Assembly (NCBI GenBank): GCA_963777605.1
Contig: CAVZRV010000008.1
Location: forward strand, 288,001-352,000
DNA: 64,000 bases
Direction: 5' to 3'
DNA from: an uncultured Acidobacteriota bacterium
Lineage (GTDB): Bacteria; Acidobacteriota; UBA6911; RPQK01; JAPXNP01
A program made the position numbers and the translations under genes. Below the pieces are notes generated by a model, which saw only the letters and a list, made by a program, of their open reading frames with translations, ran no database searches and was not told the origin of the DNA. Of this stretch, positions 61,154 through 64,000 are shown piece after piece. The stretch's first letter is position 1; every line of letters starts with the position of its first letter.

Positions 61154-62308
61154 TTATCGGCCGATATCCTTGATGTGGATATTGCCGTTGGAAGTTTCCA
61201 GGTAGATGGCCGGCCCTCCGTTTCCGATCGGAATGTCTGCCACTATTTCCCCAGTGCTCTCATTGCGCAGCGGGTTGACGCTCTGTCCGCCGTAGAAGAT
61301 GCCATAGCGCTGATTTTCCCTTGTCCAGTTGCCGGAGACTCGGATCACGGCGTGGATGGTCGCGGAAACCCCTGATCCCACTCCCAACTGGATTTCGCCG
61401 CCGGAAGTCTTCAGTTGGCTGCTTTCGCCGTCCACCCGGGTGATCTCTGCAAAGATGTCACCGCCGGCAGTACTGGCCTGGATCGGGCCGGCTACTTTTC
61501 GCAGACTGAGGTCTCCGCCCGCAGTCCTGGCTTCGACGGGACCTTCGGCGGATTTCAGCTCGACATCCCCACCGGCCGTCTCCAGGGTGGCCGAGCCGGC
61601 GACGGCTCCGACGGAAATGTCGCCACCGGCCGTTTTGACTTCGGCGGATCCGCCGACGTTGCCAAGTTCGATGTCCCCGCCAGCCGTTTTCGCGACCAGA
61701 TGGTCTCCTACTTCGCCGACGCTGATGTCTCCGCCCGAAGTCCTGACCTCGGTCTCGCCGTTGGCGGCGGCAAGTTCGATGTCACCTCCAGAGGTAGCCA
61801 GAGAAACATTTCCCTGGACGACTCCCCCGGAAATATCACCTCCCGACGTCTTCAGACCGACCTCACCATTGACGTCCTTGAACTGGATGTCTCCCCCGGA
61901 GGTCTTGCCTTCCACGTGGCCGGTGAGCTTTTCCTCAATCGAGATATCGCCGCCGGAAGTCGCCAGATCGAGATTGAGGTTGGAGGGGATGGAAAACTCG
62001 AAGCGGGGGCTCGTTCCGCCCCACCAGCCGCTGTTTCCGTGCGGACGATAGGAGACGGTGACGGTGTCTCCCGACTGGTTGACCTCCAGGTTTTGCAGTT
62101 GTTTCTCATCCAGTCCGACGACATCGACCTGGAGGTTGGAGGCGCTGGTGCTCCGAATCAGAATGTCGCCACCCGCGACCTCAACGACCAGCTTGCCGCC
62201 ACTGCCCACGTTAAATGACTTTGAGAAACTGGCCAACTGGGAGCCCGCCGCCAGTGCAATCGACGCGGCGACAACCAGCAGAATGATGCTCAATTTGTTC
62301 TTTCTCAT
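61154..62308 (-). CDS. DUF4097 beta-strand-repeat (adhesin-like) secreted protein
   Basis: Signal peptide; about ten repeats of T(S/A)GGDI; C-terminal TSNGNI. Confidence 0.85.
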   Translation of the reverse strand: MRKNKLSIILLVVAASIALAAGSQLASFSKSFNVGSGGKLVVEVAGGDILIRSTSASNLQVDVVGLDEKQLQNLEVNQSGDTVTVSYRPHGNSGWWGGTSPRFEFSIPSNLNLDLATSGGDISIEEKLTGHVEGKTSGGDIQFKDVNGEVGLKTSGGDISGGVVQGNVSLATSGGDIELAAANGETEVRTSGGDISVGEVGDHLVAKTAGGDIELGNVGGSAEVKTAGGDISVGAVAGSATLETAGGDVELKSAEGPVEARTAGGDLSLRKVAGPIQASTAGGDIFAEITRVDGESSQLKTSGGEIQLGVGSGVSATIHAVIRVSGNWTRENQRYGIFYGGQSVNPLRNESTGEIVADIPIGNGGPAIYLETSNGNIHIKDIGR

Positions 62309-62354
62309 TGCTTGCTCCTCCATGTCACAAGTGCTTTTCGTTCAATTCCTGGTC

Positions 62355-63308
62355 CTAGTTCAGGCGGTAGCCTGCCTGCTCCAGGAATTTGATTCCCTTA
62401 TGTCTTACGTAGCTGTTCTCGTCCCGGCTAAGCTGTTCTCCCAACTGCTCGAGCACGGCATTGTCGAGCCTGAATCCGGAGTCGGCCGCTGCGGAGAGAC
62501 CGTCGATTGCCTCAATTCGGATGCGGGCGTTGCGATCGTTTTCGAGGGCATCCACGAGTGCTGCACGGATTTCCGGTGTAGACGGGTAACTCCTCAGCGT
62601 CTCCACGGCTTTCTGGCGAACCGCCGGGTTGGGATCCGTTCTCAAGGCGCCGATCAGTGCCGTACTCGTCTCCTGATCGGCCGGAGCCTGCTGTTGCAGG
62701 GCGGAGACTGCCCGCAGCCGAACCCCGGGGTTCTCTTCCGCGATCAGAGCATGGGCGAGAATCCGCTGGATCCTGGCGTCGTCAAGAGATCCTTCGAGAT
62801 GAACCTTCCGGGAAGCATCGAAGCTGAGCGCCACCTGGTTGGACTTCGGGTCAATCTGCTCGAATGAAACGCCGGTGACTCGGACCTCGGGATTCCGGAA
62901 CAGCTCGAGGGGATCCTGCCCGGTCGGGGTAGCCATTCCAAAAACCAGGTATCCGGCGACAAACCCGACGGCTGCCATGGACAGGGCGCCTCCGGACCAG
63001 GCCAGCACCCTGAATGGAGTCGCCAGCCCGTCCAACCATTCCGTCAGTCTCCGGGTCATCCTGGTTCTAGTCCCCGCTTCCCGGGGCTCCAGCGACGTAA
63101 GCACCCGGGTGCGTGCCGCATTGACGAGCTCAGTTCCGGCCTCGGGCATGGACGACGAGAGCATCCGGGCAGTCTGCTCGATTTCCTGCTCCACCTCCCG
63201 GCAGGAAGCGCACCCGGCGAGGTGGTCTTCCAGTTCTGCCGCCGCTTCCGGAGTGAGTTCTCCGTAATGTTTCAATACCAAAAGTTCCTGAAAATCCTCG
63301 TGTTTCAT
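62355..63308 (-). CDS. zf-HC2 anti-sigma factor with transmembrane helix and HEAT repeats
   Basis: HLAGCASC; NPGVRLRAV, DPNPAVRQKAV and DRNARIRIEAI repeats. Confidence 0.85.
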   Translation of the reverse strand: MKHEDFQELLVLKHYGELTPEAAAELEDHLAGCASCREVEQEIEQTARMLSSSMPEAGTELVNAARTRVLTSLEPREAGTRTRMTRRLTEWLDGLATPFRVLAWSGGALSMAAVGFVAGYLVFGMATPTGQDPLELFRNPEVRVTGVSFEQIDPKSNQVALSFDASRKVHLEGSLDDARIQRILAHALIAEENPGVRLRAVSALQQQAPADQETSTALIGALRTDPNPAVRQKAVETLRSYPSTPEIRAALVDALENDRNARIRIEAIDGLSAAADSGFRLDNAVLEQLGEQLSRDENSYVRHKGIKFLEQAGYRLN

Positions 63309-63316
63309 GGCTTCCT

Positions 63317-63889
63317 CTAACCTCGGACTTCACTGAGTTCTGACCGTAGCCGTTGAATCGCAGTGAAGAGGTGTTTCTTGACAGTCCCTTCGGCACAGCC
63401 GAGCATCGACGCGATTTCGCGCAGCTTGTGACCCTCGAAATGGCGCAGCACGAAAACGATTCGCTGCTGGGTTGAAAGCCGGTTGACGGCATTCCGGACC
63501 CGGCGGGAGATTTCCCCTCGGTACACCTCGACCTCCGGTTCAGGGCGAGAACTACTGAGAAGGGAGAGGTTGCCTGGGTTATCGGTCCAGGCTTCCTCAT
63601 CGATCGAAACCTGCCGTCTTCTCCGTTCCGAATACTGCCGGCTCAGGCAGGCGTTGGCAGTAACCCGATAGAGCCAGGTTGAAAAACTGCTTTTGGCCTT
63701 GAATCCCTTCAATGATCCGTGAACCCGGAGGAAGACGTCCTGGAAGATGTCCTGTGCGGTATCCGGGTTACCCGAATAGCGGAGCGCGATGTTCATCACC
63801 TGGCGCTCATACTTCCGGATCAATTGCTCGAACGCTGCCATATCGCCCTTCTGTGCCTGTTTTATGAGTCGGTCTTCGTCCATCTTCAT
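63317..63889 (-). CDS. ECF RNA polymerase sigma factor
   Basis: GDMAAFEQL, AQDIFQDVFL, FSTWLYRVTAN and EIA..LG..EGTVKKHLF motifs. Confidence 0.93.
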   Translation of the reverse strand: MKMDEDRLIKQAQKGDMAAFEQLIRKYERQVMNIALRYSGNPDTAQDIFQDVFLRVHGSLKGFKAKSSFSTWLYRVTANACLSRQYSERRRRQVSIDEEAWTDNPGNLSLLSSSRPEPEVEVYRGEISRRVRNAVNRLSTQQRIVFVLRHFEGHKLREIASMLGCAEGTVKKHLFTAIQRLRSELSEVRG

Positions 63890-63915
63890 GGAACTTCTTA
63901 CTTACTTCGATGCAG

Positions 63916-63943
63916 TTAGACCTGCAAGGGGGGAGAAAGGTTG
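63916..63943 (-). promoter_or_regulatory. ECF-type promoter CAAC-N17-GGTCTAA
   Basis: Minus strand CAACCTTTCTCCCCCCTTGCAGGTCTAA just upstream of the sigma gene. Confidence 0.5.
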
Positions 63944-64000
63944 GGGGAGAGCGCGAACACTTTTGATTCTTGATTCTGGGTTTATGGTTAGGACGTTAAG

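Overview
GC-rich bacterial chromosome segment. The gene content (Tat-exported TIM-barrel proteins, ECF sigma/anti-sigma pairs, M14 peptidase, REP-like palindromes) suggests Acidobacteriota or a similar lineage, but this is inference only. Several genes carry single frameshifts and there is a 161-nt poly-T run, which points to long-read consensus errors. Recognisable blocks: an imuA-imuB-dnaE2 mutagenesis cassette; a glycogen/alpha-glucan cluster (glgE, malQ, glgB, GH57, glgP) interrupted by an AT-richer histidine-kinase islet and an IS4 remnant; a DeoR-led bacterial microcompartment (BMC) operon; hrpB; tRNA-fMet; cca; and two ECF sigma operons. The standout is 41334-48612, an array of 13 direct repeats of about 50-60 bp with self-complementary ends (AGTTTCA...TGAAACT) separating 12 cassettes. 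Two cassettes carry an intact IS110-family recombinase plus its upstream non-coding (bridge-RNA-like) region. Three carry a diverged, promoter-equipped copy of that RNA region with no recombinase. Most of the rest carry REP-like palindrome clusters. The layout resembles an integron- or CRISPR-like cassette array operated by an RNA-guided IS110 recombinase; this is a hypothesis, not a demonstrated function.
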